DNA from: a virus
Lineage: Duplodnaviria > Heunggongvirae > Uroviricota > Caudoviricetes
Reading direction: 5' to 3' (one strand)
DNA: 64,000 nucleotides
Virus record (IMG/VR): IMGVR_UViG_3300014489_000001
Span: 1 to 64,000 of that record
Position numbers and translations under genes: made by a program. Below are positions 56,389-64,000 of this stretch, piece after piece. The notes under the pieces are model-generated. The model searched no databases and was not told the origin of the DNA. It saw nothing but the letters and a program-made list of their open reading frames with translations. The stretch's first letter is position 1, and every line of letters begins with the position of its first letter.

Positions 56389-57354
56389 TTAGACGGTGGC
56401 CGGAACGCCCTGGAGCTTCGCGACTTCCGCTGCGGCTTCTTGGGCCTTGCGTGCGGCGCGCTCGGAAGCTGCGTTGGTCCGTTCGACTTCGGCGGCTTTC
56501 TTGCGAGCCGCGTCCTTCGCCTGTGCGGCTTCGATGGAACGCGAATCCAAGTGGACGCAGAATTGAAGGCCAAGCTTGAAGCCCTCTTCGGCAGTCTTGG
56601 CGCCGGTTTCGCGGACAAGCTGAGGACCGAACTGAGGGGATTCCAACTCGGTCTTGATCTCGGCGGTCTTGCGAGCGCGAGCCACGGCGACGAATCCTTC
56701 GGCCTGGGCCTGGCGACCTTGACGACGCGCGGTGTCGAGTTCCTTCTTGCGGGCCTGGACGGTGCCGCCGAATTCTTGAGGCGTCATTTGCATGGCGCGG
56801 TCAACGAACGCGGGTTGCTCGTCTTCGGGCAGCTTGGCGAGAACGTAGGCATTGGACAGGTTGATCTTGCCGGAATCGACCAGCTCGGCGATCTTGCCGT
56901 TGAGCTTGGTGAGGCCGAGCCGTTCCTTGAGCCACGTGTCGCTCTTGTGGAGCTTGCCCGCGAGTTCATGGAACGTCATGAGAGGATTCTGACCGAGCAG
57001 CCGTTGCAGCGCCTTGCTGTACTCGACAGGCTTCGTCTCGATCTTGTGGATGTTGCCGATGATCTGTGCTTCCTGGACCTCGGCGTCGTTCATGTTGAGG
57101 ACTTGAGCCGGAATCGTTTCCTTGCCAGCGTCAAGCGATGCAGTGTAACGGTGCAAACCTTCGATGATGCCGTAGAACATCTCGCCGGTCGTGGCGTCCT
57201 TCACTTCGCGCACAGCGATGGGATTGATGACGCCCTTGGACTTCACGGATTCCAGAAGACCCTGGTACTGCTCGGTCTGGCGGTTGACGCCACGCAGCGC
57301 AACAGGATTCTCGCGAATCTGTTTCAGCGGGATTTCTTTCAGATGCTTGGACAT
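56389..57354 (-). CDS. ParB-like partition/nuclease protein (full-length paralog of the interrupted 1669..2451 gene)
   Basis: IPLKQIRENPVALRGVNR ... GLHRYTAS ParB box; Ala/Lys-rich C-terminus. Confidence 0.7.
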   Translation of the reverse strand: MSKHLKEIPLKQIRENPVALRGVNRQTEQYQGLLESVKSKGVINPIAVREVKDATTGEMFYGIIEGLHRYTASLDAGKETIPAQVLNMNDAEVQEAQIIGNIHKIETKPVEYSKALQRLLGQNPLMTFHELAGKLHKSDTWLKERLGLTKLNGKIAELVDSGKINLSNAYVLAKLPEDEQPAFVDRAMQMTPQEFGGTVQARKKELDTARRQGRQAQAEGFVAVARARKTAEIKTELESPQFGPQLVRETGAKTAEEGFKLGLQFCVHLDSRSIEAAQAKDAARKKAAEVERTNAASERAARKAQEAAAEVAKLQGVPATV

Positions 57355-57394
57355 AACGGACTTCTCCAGAGAAGAAAACTAAGAATCGAAACAG

Positions 57395-57414
57395 GAATCA
57401 AATCGATTTGATTC
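57395..57414. promoter_or_regulatory. 20-bp perfect palindrome GAATCAAATCGATTTGATTC ~40 bp upstream of the ParB-like gene (candidate operator/parS-like site)
   Basis: 10+10 inverted repeat. Confidence 0.4.
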
Positions 57415-57419
57415 AACGC

Positions 57420-57700
57420 TAGAAAGCGCCTCCATAATAATATACTCCAGCGACCTAAAATTTACTAAAAGAATATTTCCGCCGGGTCCACGCGCACGGG
57501 AATAATAATGGCGCTATTTTCCTTATTATTATTGCTCTCTTTTCTATCTCTTTTATGTATTACCTTTTTTCTCTTTTTATACTTCCCGTATGAAGAATAA
57601 GGGCAGGTAATAATAATAAGCTAGAAAATTATGGTAAAATACGCTGTGTTAGAGTATATTATTATGAGGGCATTCTTTAGAGCCGCAATTGATTCGATTC
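57420..57700. promoter_or_regulatory. AT-rich divergent control region with iterated AATAATAAT/ATTATTATT inverted repeats; candidate divergent promoters and/or replication origin
   Basis: no ORFs; AATAATAATggcgctattttccTTATTATTATT inverted pair; TGgTAAAAT extended -10-like element ~60 bp upstream of the primase gene. Confidence 0.4.
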
Positions 57701-57719
57701 CTACGGAGATTCCGCTCAA

Positions 57720-60431
57720 ATGAAGCGTAGTGAGGCGATTAAGAATCTGTTGGTCAAGAAGACTCATGCAGACTTGGCTGCACTGTACAACAAAGGAATG
57801 GAGGTACAGTTCAACGTTGCCCAGGATGGTGGCGAAAGGACCGACAAGGATTACAAAGGTCGGATGTATCACAGCTACACAGATGGCGAGCACACCTGGA
57901 GTCATTTTCGGATTCCACGCAACGCGAAGACAGTACCAGAAGATAATGATTCCGATGTCCACACCGACCTATACACGCACGCAGAAGGTGTAGGTATGAC
58001 TGGTTGGGATTGGCAGAATCAAATGTCGCGTTGGGTGGCATACGATTTTGACGCCATGACTGGCCACTCAGACAAACACGCTAAAAAGATGACTGACGTT
58101 GAGCTTCAAAAACTCAAAGAAGTCGTATCTGAGATTCCGTGGGTCACGATCCGCTTGTCAACATCCGGTAAAGGTATTCACCTTTACGTATTCGTGACTC
58201 CAGTTGGAACCAAGAACCACGACGAACACGCGGCACTTGCACGTGCGATCCTTGGCATGATGGCCTCAATCACAGGTTTCGATTTTCAATCGAAAGTTGA
58301 TACATGTGGTGGCAACATGTGGGTCTGGCATCGTAAGATGGCTGGGACTCCAGGACTCAAGTTAGTTAAGCAAGGGCAAGAACTTACAGAGATTCCTCCT
58401 AATTGGAAGGATCATGTTCGTGTCGTTAGTGGAGCGGGTCGTAAAACTGTACCACAATTCATCGAAGACCCGAATGCTAATCCTGCATTGAAGGATATGT
58501 TCGAAGAAATCACTGGTCAGAAATCTAGGACTCCACTTGATGAAGAACATAGAAAGCTGATCGCTTTCTTGCATGAAAATAAAGCATGTGGTTGGTGGGA
58601 GCAAGACCATCACATGTTGATTACGCACACAATCCACTTACGCGAGGCTCATGAAAAACTCGGCTTGAAAGGGGTTTTCAAAACCAATGCGAAAGGTGAA
58701 AATTACGGTGCCGACCATAACTGCTTTGCGTACCCGCTTAGACGAGGCGTTTGGGTTGTGCGACGGTATACTCCGGGCGTTGCCGAAGAATCGACGTGGG
58801 ACCAAGATGGGCAAGGATGGACTCGATGTTATCTCAATCGAGAACTTGACCTCTCAACTGCGTGCCGCTCGTACTCTGGCGTTGAGCATCCAACGGGAGG
58901 TTATATCTTTCGAGAAGCGGAAGTTGCAAGTAAAGCAGCCCTTCTTCTCGGATTGAATATAAAGATTCCATCTTGGGCTAACAGTCGCCAGACTAAGATT
59001 AAGGATCACAAAGATGGTCGTTATATAGTCTCTTTCGAGAAGACTGTACAAGACCGTCCAGAAGAACTGACTGATTGGGTTGCTGAGAAGGGTTCTTGGG
59101 TGAAAATCTTTTCAGGTAATACTGCATCTTCAACTGAGCAAGATGTCGGTAACTATGATGAATCAGTTCGTCATATAATCTCATCTGGTGGTTCAGACTT
59201 AGGTTGGGTAATAAAATCTGAACGCTACTGGAGAGAAGAACCAAGAGTCAATATTCTTGATTTCCTCAAGGGTACCATAGGTTTGAAAGCTCAACAAGCT
59301 CAAGCTGTTATGGGCACAGCAATCGCACGACCTTGGCAAATTGTTTGTCGGCCTTTTGAAGAAGAATATCCGAAGACAATTGAGGGTCATGAATGGAATC
59401 GAAAAGCACCACAATTGAAGTATCGACCATCAAACTCAGATACTCTGACTTATCCAACATGGTTGAAAGTTCTTAATCATTGTGGAAAAAGTCTCAATGA
59501 TTCTATCTCTAAGAATCAATGGGCAAAGTCAGCAGGAATCTTAACGGGTGCCGATTATCTCAAGGTTTGGTTAGCATCACTCTTTCAAGAACCGATGCAA
59601 CCGTTACCGTATCTGTTTTTCTATGGGCCACAAGATAGTGGAAAATCTATCTTATACGAAGGAATCCGAGAATGCCTTGTAACATCTGGCGTCGTGCGTG
59701 CAGATAATGCACTAACGAACGCAGCAGGTTTCAATGGTGAATTGGAGTATGCAATTCTGTGTGCAATCGAAGAAACGGATATGCGACAAAGTAAAGTTGC
59801 GTATAACCGAATCAAAGATTGGGTCACGGCACGCGAACTTCCCATTCATGCGAAAAACCAGACACCTTACGATGTAGTCAATACTACGCATTGGATTCAA
59901 AATGCGAATGATTACATGGCGTGTCCGGTGATGGGTGGTGATACTCGTGTTGTCGTGTGTTATGTAGATGAACTACAGCCACAAGATAAGATTCCAAAGA
60001 AAGCGATTCTGCAATCTTTGGAGAAAGAAGCATCAGATTTCATCGCTGCCTTGTTGAACCTAGAGATTCCAGATTCGAATGATCGTTTGAATGTTCCAGT
60101 AATTTCAACTGACGAGAAACTGCGAGCAGTAGCTGCTACTCAGAGTCATTTGGAAATGTTTCTTGAAGATAAATGTTTCTACTGTCCAGGAGAAACTGTC
60201 CCATATGGAACATTCTTCAATGAATTTGTAACTTGGTTACCACCAGACACGGTACAAAGTTGGCCAAAAATTAAGGTTGGCCGCGAACTACCAAGACAGT
60301 ATCCAAAGGGTCGAGGGACCAATAACATCGTCATGGTTGGTAATCTTTCATTCACGAAGCCCGAAGAAGGTGCCCCTGCTAAATTTGCGTTGGTATGTAA
60401 AGATGATAAACTCGTACCTAACAACGGGTGA
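57720..60431 (+). CDS. bifunctional primase-polymerase (AEP-type) / SF3 helicase (D5/P4-alpha-like)
   Basis: N-terminal AEP-like STSGKGIHLYVF; C-terminal Walker A FFYGPQDSGKSIL; 903 aa. Confidence 0.75.
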   Translation: MKRSEAIKNLLVKKTHADLAALYNKGMEVQFNVAQDGGERTDKDYKGRMYHSYTDGEHTWSHFRIPRNAKTVPEDNDSDVHTDLYTHAEGVGMTGWDWQNQMSRWVAYDFDAMTGHSDKHAKKMTDVELQKLKEVVSEIPWVTIRLSTSGKGIHLYVFVTPVGTKNHDEHAALARAILGMMASITGFDFQSKVDTCGGNMWVWHRKMAGTPGLKLVKQGQELTEIPPNWKDHVRVVSGAGRKTVPQFIEDPNANPALKDMFEEITGQKSRTPLDEEHRKLIAFLHENKACGWWEQDHHMLITHTIHLREAHEKLGLKGVFKTNAKGENYGADHNCFAYPLRRGVWVVRRYTPGVAEESTWDQDGQGWTRCYLNRELDLSTACRSYSGVEHPTGGYIFREAEVASKAALLLGLNIKIPSWANSRQTKIKDHKDGRYIVSFEKTVQDRPEELTDWVAEKGSWVKIFSGNTASSTEQDVGNYDESVRHIISSGGSDLGWVIKSERYWREEPRVNILDFLKGTIGLKAQQAQAVMGTAIARPWQIVCRPFEEEYPKTIEGHEWNRKAPQLKYRPSNSDTLTYPTWLKVLNHCGKSLNDSISKNQWAKSAGILTGADYLKVWLASLFQEPMQPLPYLFFYGPQDSGKSILYEGIRECLVTSGVVRADNALTNAAGFNGELEYAILCAIEETDMRQSKVAYNRIKDWVTARELPIHAKNQTPYDVVNTTHWIQNANDYMACPVMGGDTRVVVCYVDELQPQDKIPKKAILQSLEKEASDFIAALLNLEIPDSNDRLNVPVISTDEKLRAVAATQSHLEMFLEDKCFYCPGETVPYGTFFNEFVTWLPPDTVQSWPKIKVGRELPRQYPKGRGTNNIVMVGNLSFTKPEEGAPAKFALVCKDDKLVPNNG

Positions 60432-60628
60432 TCACCATGAGTATCAACGACACCTTCAAGAGTCTCAACCAGGTAGATAAAGATTGTCTAATGTACGCAT
60501 TTGATAATCTAATTGCTCAATACGTCAAACTTCCAGATAATCGTTTCTTTGGTTGCCACTGCGGTGACGACCCTGGATTGATTGTGGAAGAGACAAACGG
60601 TTATTGGTTCTTAGGGACAATCAAATGA
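60428..60628 (+). CDS. hypothetical protein
   Basis: 66-aa ORF translationally coupled to neighbours. Confidence 0.35.
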   Translation: MITMSINDTFKSLNQVDKDCLMYAFDNLIAQYVKLPDNRFFGCHCGDDPGLIVEETNGYWFLGTIK

Positions 60629-61194
60629 AGATAATCGCGTTTGGTCATAGGAAGAACGTCGGCAAGGATACTGCGGTACGATTCCTCAGTCAGGAAATTC
60701 GGTTGAAGAGACCTGGCTGTAATATCATGGTGGTGGGCTTTGCTGACAAGGTGAAGGACATTGCTTATCAGTTGTTCGGTTGGGCTGGTCTTCAACCCAA
60801 GCATTACTACGATAAGCACTATGATGAGAAGGAAGTAATTCTTTCTAAGATCAATCGCACTCCTCGTGCTTTATGGATTCACATTGGGAATTCTATTCGC
60901 ACGAACGACCACGATTGGGTTTGGTCTGAATTCCTTTTCAACCAACCAAAGGTGGATTATCTCTTCATCAATGATTTACGATTCCCGACGGAAGCGGAAT
61001 ATATCGTGAATCGTGGTGGCTGGGTTTATCGTATTGACCGTCCAGACCAACCAAAGGTTACGGACGGTGCTGACGATCCACTCGAAGATTACAGTAAGTG
61101 GAAAGGAATCTTACTCAACGACAAAGGCATCAAGGAATATCACGCGACCGTGATGACTTTTCTGCCATTCATTTTGGACGAAAGAACCCAATGA
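60625..61194 (+). CDS. deoxynucleoside monophosphate kinase (T4 gp1-like P-loop kinase)
   Basis: MKIIAFGHRKNVGKDT parallels T4 gp1 MKLIFLSGVKRSGKDT. Confidence 0.6.
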   Translation: MKIIAFGHRKNVGKDTAVRFLSQEIRLKRPGCNIMVVGFADKVKDIAYQLFGWAGLQPKHYYDKHYDEKEVILSKINRTPRALWIHIGNSIRTNDHDWVWSEFLFNQPKVDYLFINDLRFPTEAEYIVNRGGWVYRIDRPDQPKVTDGADDPLEDYSKWKGILLNDKGIKEYHATVMTFLPFILDERTQ

Positions 61195-62069
61195 GTGAAG
61201 ACTTGATGCGGATATACGCTGATCTCGATGACACTCCAGTTACGAGAGAAGCGTATGTCCGCTCACCGTTCAACTACCCCGGAAACAAACGAGAATCTCT
61301 TGAACAAATTTTACCGCTCTTACCTTCTGGTGACGTATTTGTGGATGTGTTTGGTGGCACTGGTATTATCACACTTAATCGACGACCATCCAAGTTGGAT
61401 GTCTTCAATGATCGCTGGGCTGGTATCGTCGCTTTCTACCGCTGTATTCGCGATCCTATTCTTCTGGATCAACTTACAGAGAGAATCAAACTCTGCGTCC
61501 ATGCTCGTGAAGAGTTCATGTGGTGCAAAGCCACCTGGGAAAATTGCCAAGACGATGTAGAGCGTGCCGCTCGTTGGTACTACATGGTACAGACAAGTTT
61601 CGCTTGTCGTGGCAAATTCTTTGGCAGAATCCTAGGACCCTCGACACCCATTAGTCGAAAGATATTCGAGAATCTCGAATGCTTTGCTGAGGTTCATCAA
61701 AGATTCCAAGATGTGCAGGTGGAGAACCTGGACTTCCGCGAATGCTTTAAGGATTACGATTCTCCAACTACGGTGTTCTACTGTGATCCACCGTACTATG
61801 AAAACAATATCTATGCAGTAGGGTTCACAAAGCAAGATCACCTGGAACTGCTCGACAAGATTTTCAAGGCTAAAGGATTTGTAGCCTTGTCAGGCTACAT
61901 GAATGAAGCCTATTCCAAGATGCCATGGGATAACATACATTCTTGGGATCGCAAAGACAAGATGGCTACGATGGCCACGAAGACTGAAACAAGCGTCGTG
62001 GCTGGTCGCGAGGACATGGACACTCGTAGCGACAAGATTGAATATCTCTGGATTAAAGAGGCTTACTAA
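61191..62069 (+). CDS. dam: DNA adenine methyltransferase (Dam family, N6-adenine)
   Basis: motif I SPFNYPGNK and motif IV DPPY. Confidence 0.8.
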   Translation: MSEDLMRIYADLDDTPVTREAYVRSPFNYPGNKRESLEQILPLLPSGDVFVDVFGGTGIITLNRRPSKLDVFNDRWAGIVAFYRCIRDPILLDQLTERIKLCVHAREEFMWCKATWENCQDDVERAARWYYMVQTSFACRGKFFGRILGPSTPISRKIFENLECFAEVHQRFQDVQVENLDFRECFKDYDSPTTVFYCDPPYYENNIYAVGFTKQDHLELLDKIFKAKGFVALSGYMNEAYSKMPWDNIHSWDRKDKMATMATKTETSVVAGREDMDTRSDKIEYLWIKEAY

Positions 62070-62266
62070 TGGCATTAATCGGAGCTGGTGCAGTATTAGT
62101 GCTCGTCATCGTCCTCGGTTTTTTGTTCTTAGCGAAGCCACCGTGTCCTCGTTGCCACAAATTCAACACGCTCGAATTGAGTAAATACAGAACTCTAGGG
62201 CGTGTTGAATACGAGTATGAATGCTGCGATTGCCATTGCGTGTTCCCAATAATAATCGAGAACTAA
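62069..62266 (+). CDS. small membrane protein with Cys cluster
   Basis: TM segment plus CPRC...CCDCHC. Confidence 0.4.
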   Translation: MALIGAGAVLVLVIVLGFLFLAKPPCPRCHKFNTLELSKYRTLGRVEYEYECCDCHCVFPIIIEN

Positions 62267-62267
62267 C

Positions 62268-62876
62268 ATGCATCTCATGAAACATCTCAATGGCCACCTA
62301 TTGTGTGCCATTGACACTGAAACTACGGGAACTGATCCGCGTAAGCATGAAGTCATACAAGTTGCTGTAATTCCGCTTGACGGATTACTTCAACCGGATG
62401 CTGCGCGACTTCCGTTCTTGTTAGACATGGCGCCGAATCGGCCCGAGAATGCTGACCCTGCGGCAATGGATTGCAACAGACGCAGGTTGGCGGAACTTAT
62501 CTTGAGAGCGGTAGATCAGGACAAAGGCTGCGATTTGTTTGTTGAGTGGGTAGAGCGTCAGAAACTCGGCTTCAACAAACGCATCATGCCTCTTGGAGCG
62601 AACTGGCCGTTTGATCGAGAAATGATTAAGGAATGGTTGGGGCCGAAGACCTTCGAAATGTGTATCGACTCACAGTTTCGTGACGTTCAAAGCACCGCGG
62701 TCTTCTTGAACGATCTGGCGTCTATTCGCGGGTTGCCTTACCCATATCCGAAGGTGAACCTTGGTTACTTGTGTAATCAACTTCGTATTGAACGCACAAG
62801 TGCGCACGATGCGACAGATGATGCACGAGTCACGGCTGAGGTCTATCGTCGGATGTTACAGGAGTTTTACTCCTAG
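62268..62876 (+). CDS. DEDDh 3'-5' exonuclease (DnaQ/epsilon-like)
   Basis: Exo I AIDTETTG, Exo III HDATDDARVTAEVY. Confidence 0.75.
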   Translation: MHLMKHLNGHLLCAIDTETTGTDPRKHEVIQVAVIPLDGLLQPDAARLPFLLDMAPNRPENADPAAMDCNRRRLAELILRAVDQDKGCDLFVEWVERQKLGFNKRIMPLGANWPFDREMIKEWLGPKTFEMCIDSQFRDVQSTAVFLNDLASIRGLPYPYPKVNLGYLCNQLRIERTSAHDATDDARVTAEVYRRMLQEFYS

Positions 62877-62942
62877 AATCCTGGGCTTACTTGATTTGCT
62901 TGCTAACCAGGAAGCTTGCGTTACACCTTATCAGGTATAACA

Positions 62943-63308
62943 ATGGCTTACGAATCCCCCATCAAGATCACAGAGATTACCATCAGAAAGCCGCAATATC
63001 CGGACAGCCGGTTACTGGCATTCGTGACAGTGGTCTTCGAGAACAGTTTCGCAGTCACGGACTTGAGACTGCTGCAACTTAAAGATGGACCTTTCCTCGC
63101 GATGCCTTCTAAGAAGGCATCAACACCTTGCCCGAAGTGCAAACGAAAGAATACTTTCGATTGCCGCTATTGTGGCAAGTGTGGATTGCTTTTGGAATTC
63201 AAGGAAGAAGAGCACTTCGACGTGTCGTTCCCAATCAATAATGATTTCCGCAAATTCATGCTGGAATCGATTTTGAAAAAGTACAGAGAGGAAACGCCAA
63301 ATGCTTGA
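62943..63308 (+). CDS. SpoVG-like nucleic-acid-binding protein with an inserted CxxC...CxxC zinc ribbon
   Basis: KITEITIRK...LAFVTVVFENSFAVTDLRLL...GPFLAMPSKK ... FPINNDFR parallels SpoVG; CPKCKRK...CRYCGKC insertion. Confidence 0.45.
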   Translation: MAYESPIKITEITIRKPQYPDSRLLAFVTVVFENSFAVTDLRLLQLKDGPFLAMPSKKASTPCPKCKRKNTFDCRYCGKCGLLLEFKEEEHFDVSFPINNDFRKFMLESILKKYREETPNA

Positions 63309-63636
63309 GGACTTGTTCCTCGACGCTTACGCCGAAGCCAATGGTAGTGACAGAAAGGAAATTGCCATTACACTCGTACTCGCCTTAATCGGATTGGGTA
63401 TGGAAGCTGCTAGCTTCTATCTTGATCATTGCAAGCAACCCAAAAAGGAAGTCTTGCGACAAGCTAAATACCCAACCCTGCGTACCAGACTTCAATTCAG
63501 AAAGTTTCTGGCACACATAGATTACACAGGCGATCATCATCTTGCCGAGTCTGTAATCTTCGCCGTTATGAAGAAAGCAGATATCGACGACGTATTGAAG
63601 GAACTAGAAGAACCTAAGGCAACTTGGGTCTTCTAA
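63301..63636 (+). CDS. hypothetical protein
   Basis: 111-aa ORF. Confidence 0.4.
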   Translation: MLEDLFLDAYAEANGSDRKEIAITLVLALIGLGMEAASFYLDHCKQPKKEVLRQAKYPTLRTRLQFRKFLAHIDYTGDHHLAESVIFAVMKKADIDDVLKELEEPKATWVF

Positions 63637-63642
63637 TCCTGT

Positions 63643-63716
63643 GGTGACTGAACTCAAAAAGGTGCGAGACCAGATTGTGAATCTGGTATAAGCGGGTTCG
63701 ACTCCCGCCAGTCACA
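63643..63716 (+). tRNA. tRNA-His (anticodon GTG) with encoded G-1
   Basis: g-GTGACTG-AA-CTC..GAG-A-CCAGA-TTGTGAA-TCTGG-TATAA-GCGGG-TTCGACT-CCCGC-CAGTCAC-A; short 3-bp D stem. Confidence 0.7.
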
Positions 63717-63756
63717 CTGAAAGTCCCCAAAAGGTTCTTTCATCTCGGCTCCCTCC

Positions 63757-63779
63757 CCTAGACTCGGTGTCTAGGGGAT
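63757..63779. other. 9-bp perfect hairpin between tRNA-His and tRNA-Thr (CCCCTAGAC-tcggt-GTCTAGGGG)
   Basis: inverted repeat seen directly. Confidence 0.4.
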
Positions 63780-63781
63780 TT

Positions 63782-63854
63782 GCCGCGTTAGCTCAGTTGG
63801 AAGAGCAGGGGTTTTGTAAACCCCAGGTCCTCAGTTCGAGTCTGAGACGCGGCT
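63782..63854 (+). tRNA. tRNA-Thr (anticodon TGT)
   Basis: GCCGCGT-TA-GCTCAGTTGGAAGAGC-A-GGGGT-TTTGTAA-ACCCC-AGGTC-CTCAG-TTCGAGT-CTGAG-ACGCGGC-T. Confidence 0.85.
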
Positions 63855-64000
63855 CTCATGCCCTATCGTCTTACCTTTGACAAGGCAGCCGGTAGGGCCA
63901 GCGGTGGGTAAAAGCGTCGGCGGGTCTATACCACCACGTTGATTACGAATCGAGAGGACCTTGTCAGGGTCCATGTCGTATAGGACGGTGATCCTCCCAA

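Noticed and set aside
188-57000. Numerous plus-strand ORFs in the track (e.g. 575..1063, 7052..7702, 23371..23883, 39738..40373, 49993..50952, 56017..57411)
   Set aside because: They lie antisense within well-supported minus-strand genes that have recognisable domains, lack RBS context and have low-complexity or Arg/Ser-rich translations typical of antisense frames.
63860-64000. TTGACA hexamer at ~63883 as a promoter
   Set aside because: No -10-like element at 16-18-bp spacing downstream.

Overview
This 64-kb window is a gene-dense region of a large dsDNA bacteriophage or prophage, about 47% GC, covering nucleotide metabolism, replication and RNA functions. From 1 to ~57.4 kb almost everything is on the minus strand; a ~300-bp AT-rich divergent control region follows, and 57.7 to 63.6 kb is a plus-strand block. 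Recognisable functions include dUTPase, a divergent ThyX-like protein, dCMP deaminase, NT5C-type deoxynucleotidase, a class-II-like ribonucleotide reductase, an ATP-dependent DNA ligase, family-A DNA polymerase, AEP-primase/SF3-helicase, SNF2-like helicase, Dam methyltransferase, DnaQ-like exonuclease, dNMP kinase, NUDIX hydrolase, DHH phosphoesterase, an HD hydrolase, two sigma-70-family factors, four ParB-like proteins, three HNH and one LAGLIDADG homing endonuclease, a VRR-NUC nuclease, an SPFH/band-7 protein, a vWA protein and many small hypothetical ORFs. The standout feature is an RNA-centred locus at 23.4-29.7 kb. A Ro60/TROVE gene (rsr-like) sits directly downstream, on the same strand, of a ~1.5-kb tandem array of structured non-coding RNAs. 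These are punctuated by nine copies of a conserved 23-nt direct repeat and include at least three circularly permuted tRNA-like modules, an architecture resembling the tRNA-like domain of bacterial YrlA Y RNAs. The array is driven by a perfect consensus sigma-70 promoter (26365-26393 rc) and is followed by a cluster of seven canonical tRNAs: Ile-GAU, Ile-UAU, Lys-CUU, Lys-UUU, Gln-CUG, Gln-UUG and Asp-GUC. Two more tRNAs (His-GUG, Thr-UGU) lie on the plus strand at the window end. An Rnl2-type RNA ligase with an N-terminal tRNA-binding domain lies about 9 kb away. Three conserved genes (a ParB-like gene, the SPFH gene and Ro60) each carry a single in-frame stop codon with clear homologous sequence continuing downstream; these are either pseudogenes or read-through candidates. 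The ORF-track coordinates are maximal ORFs, so true start codons may lie downstream.
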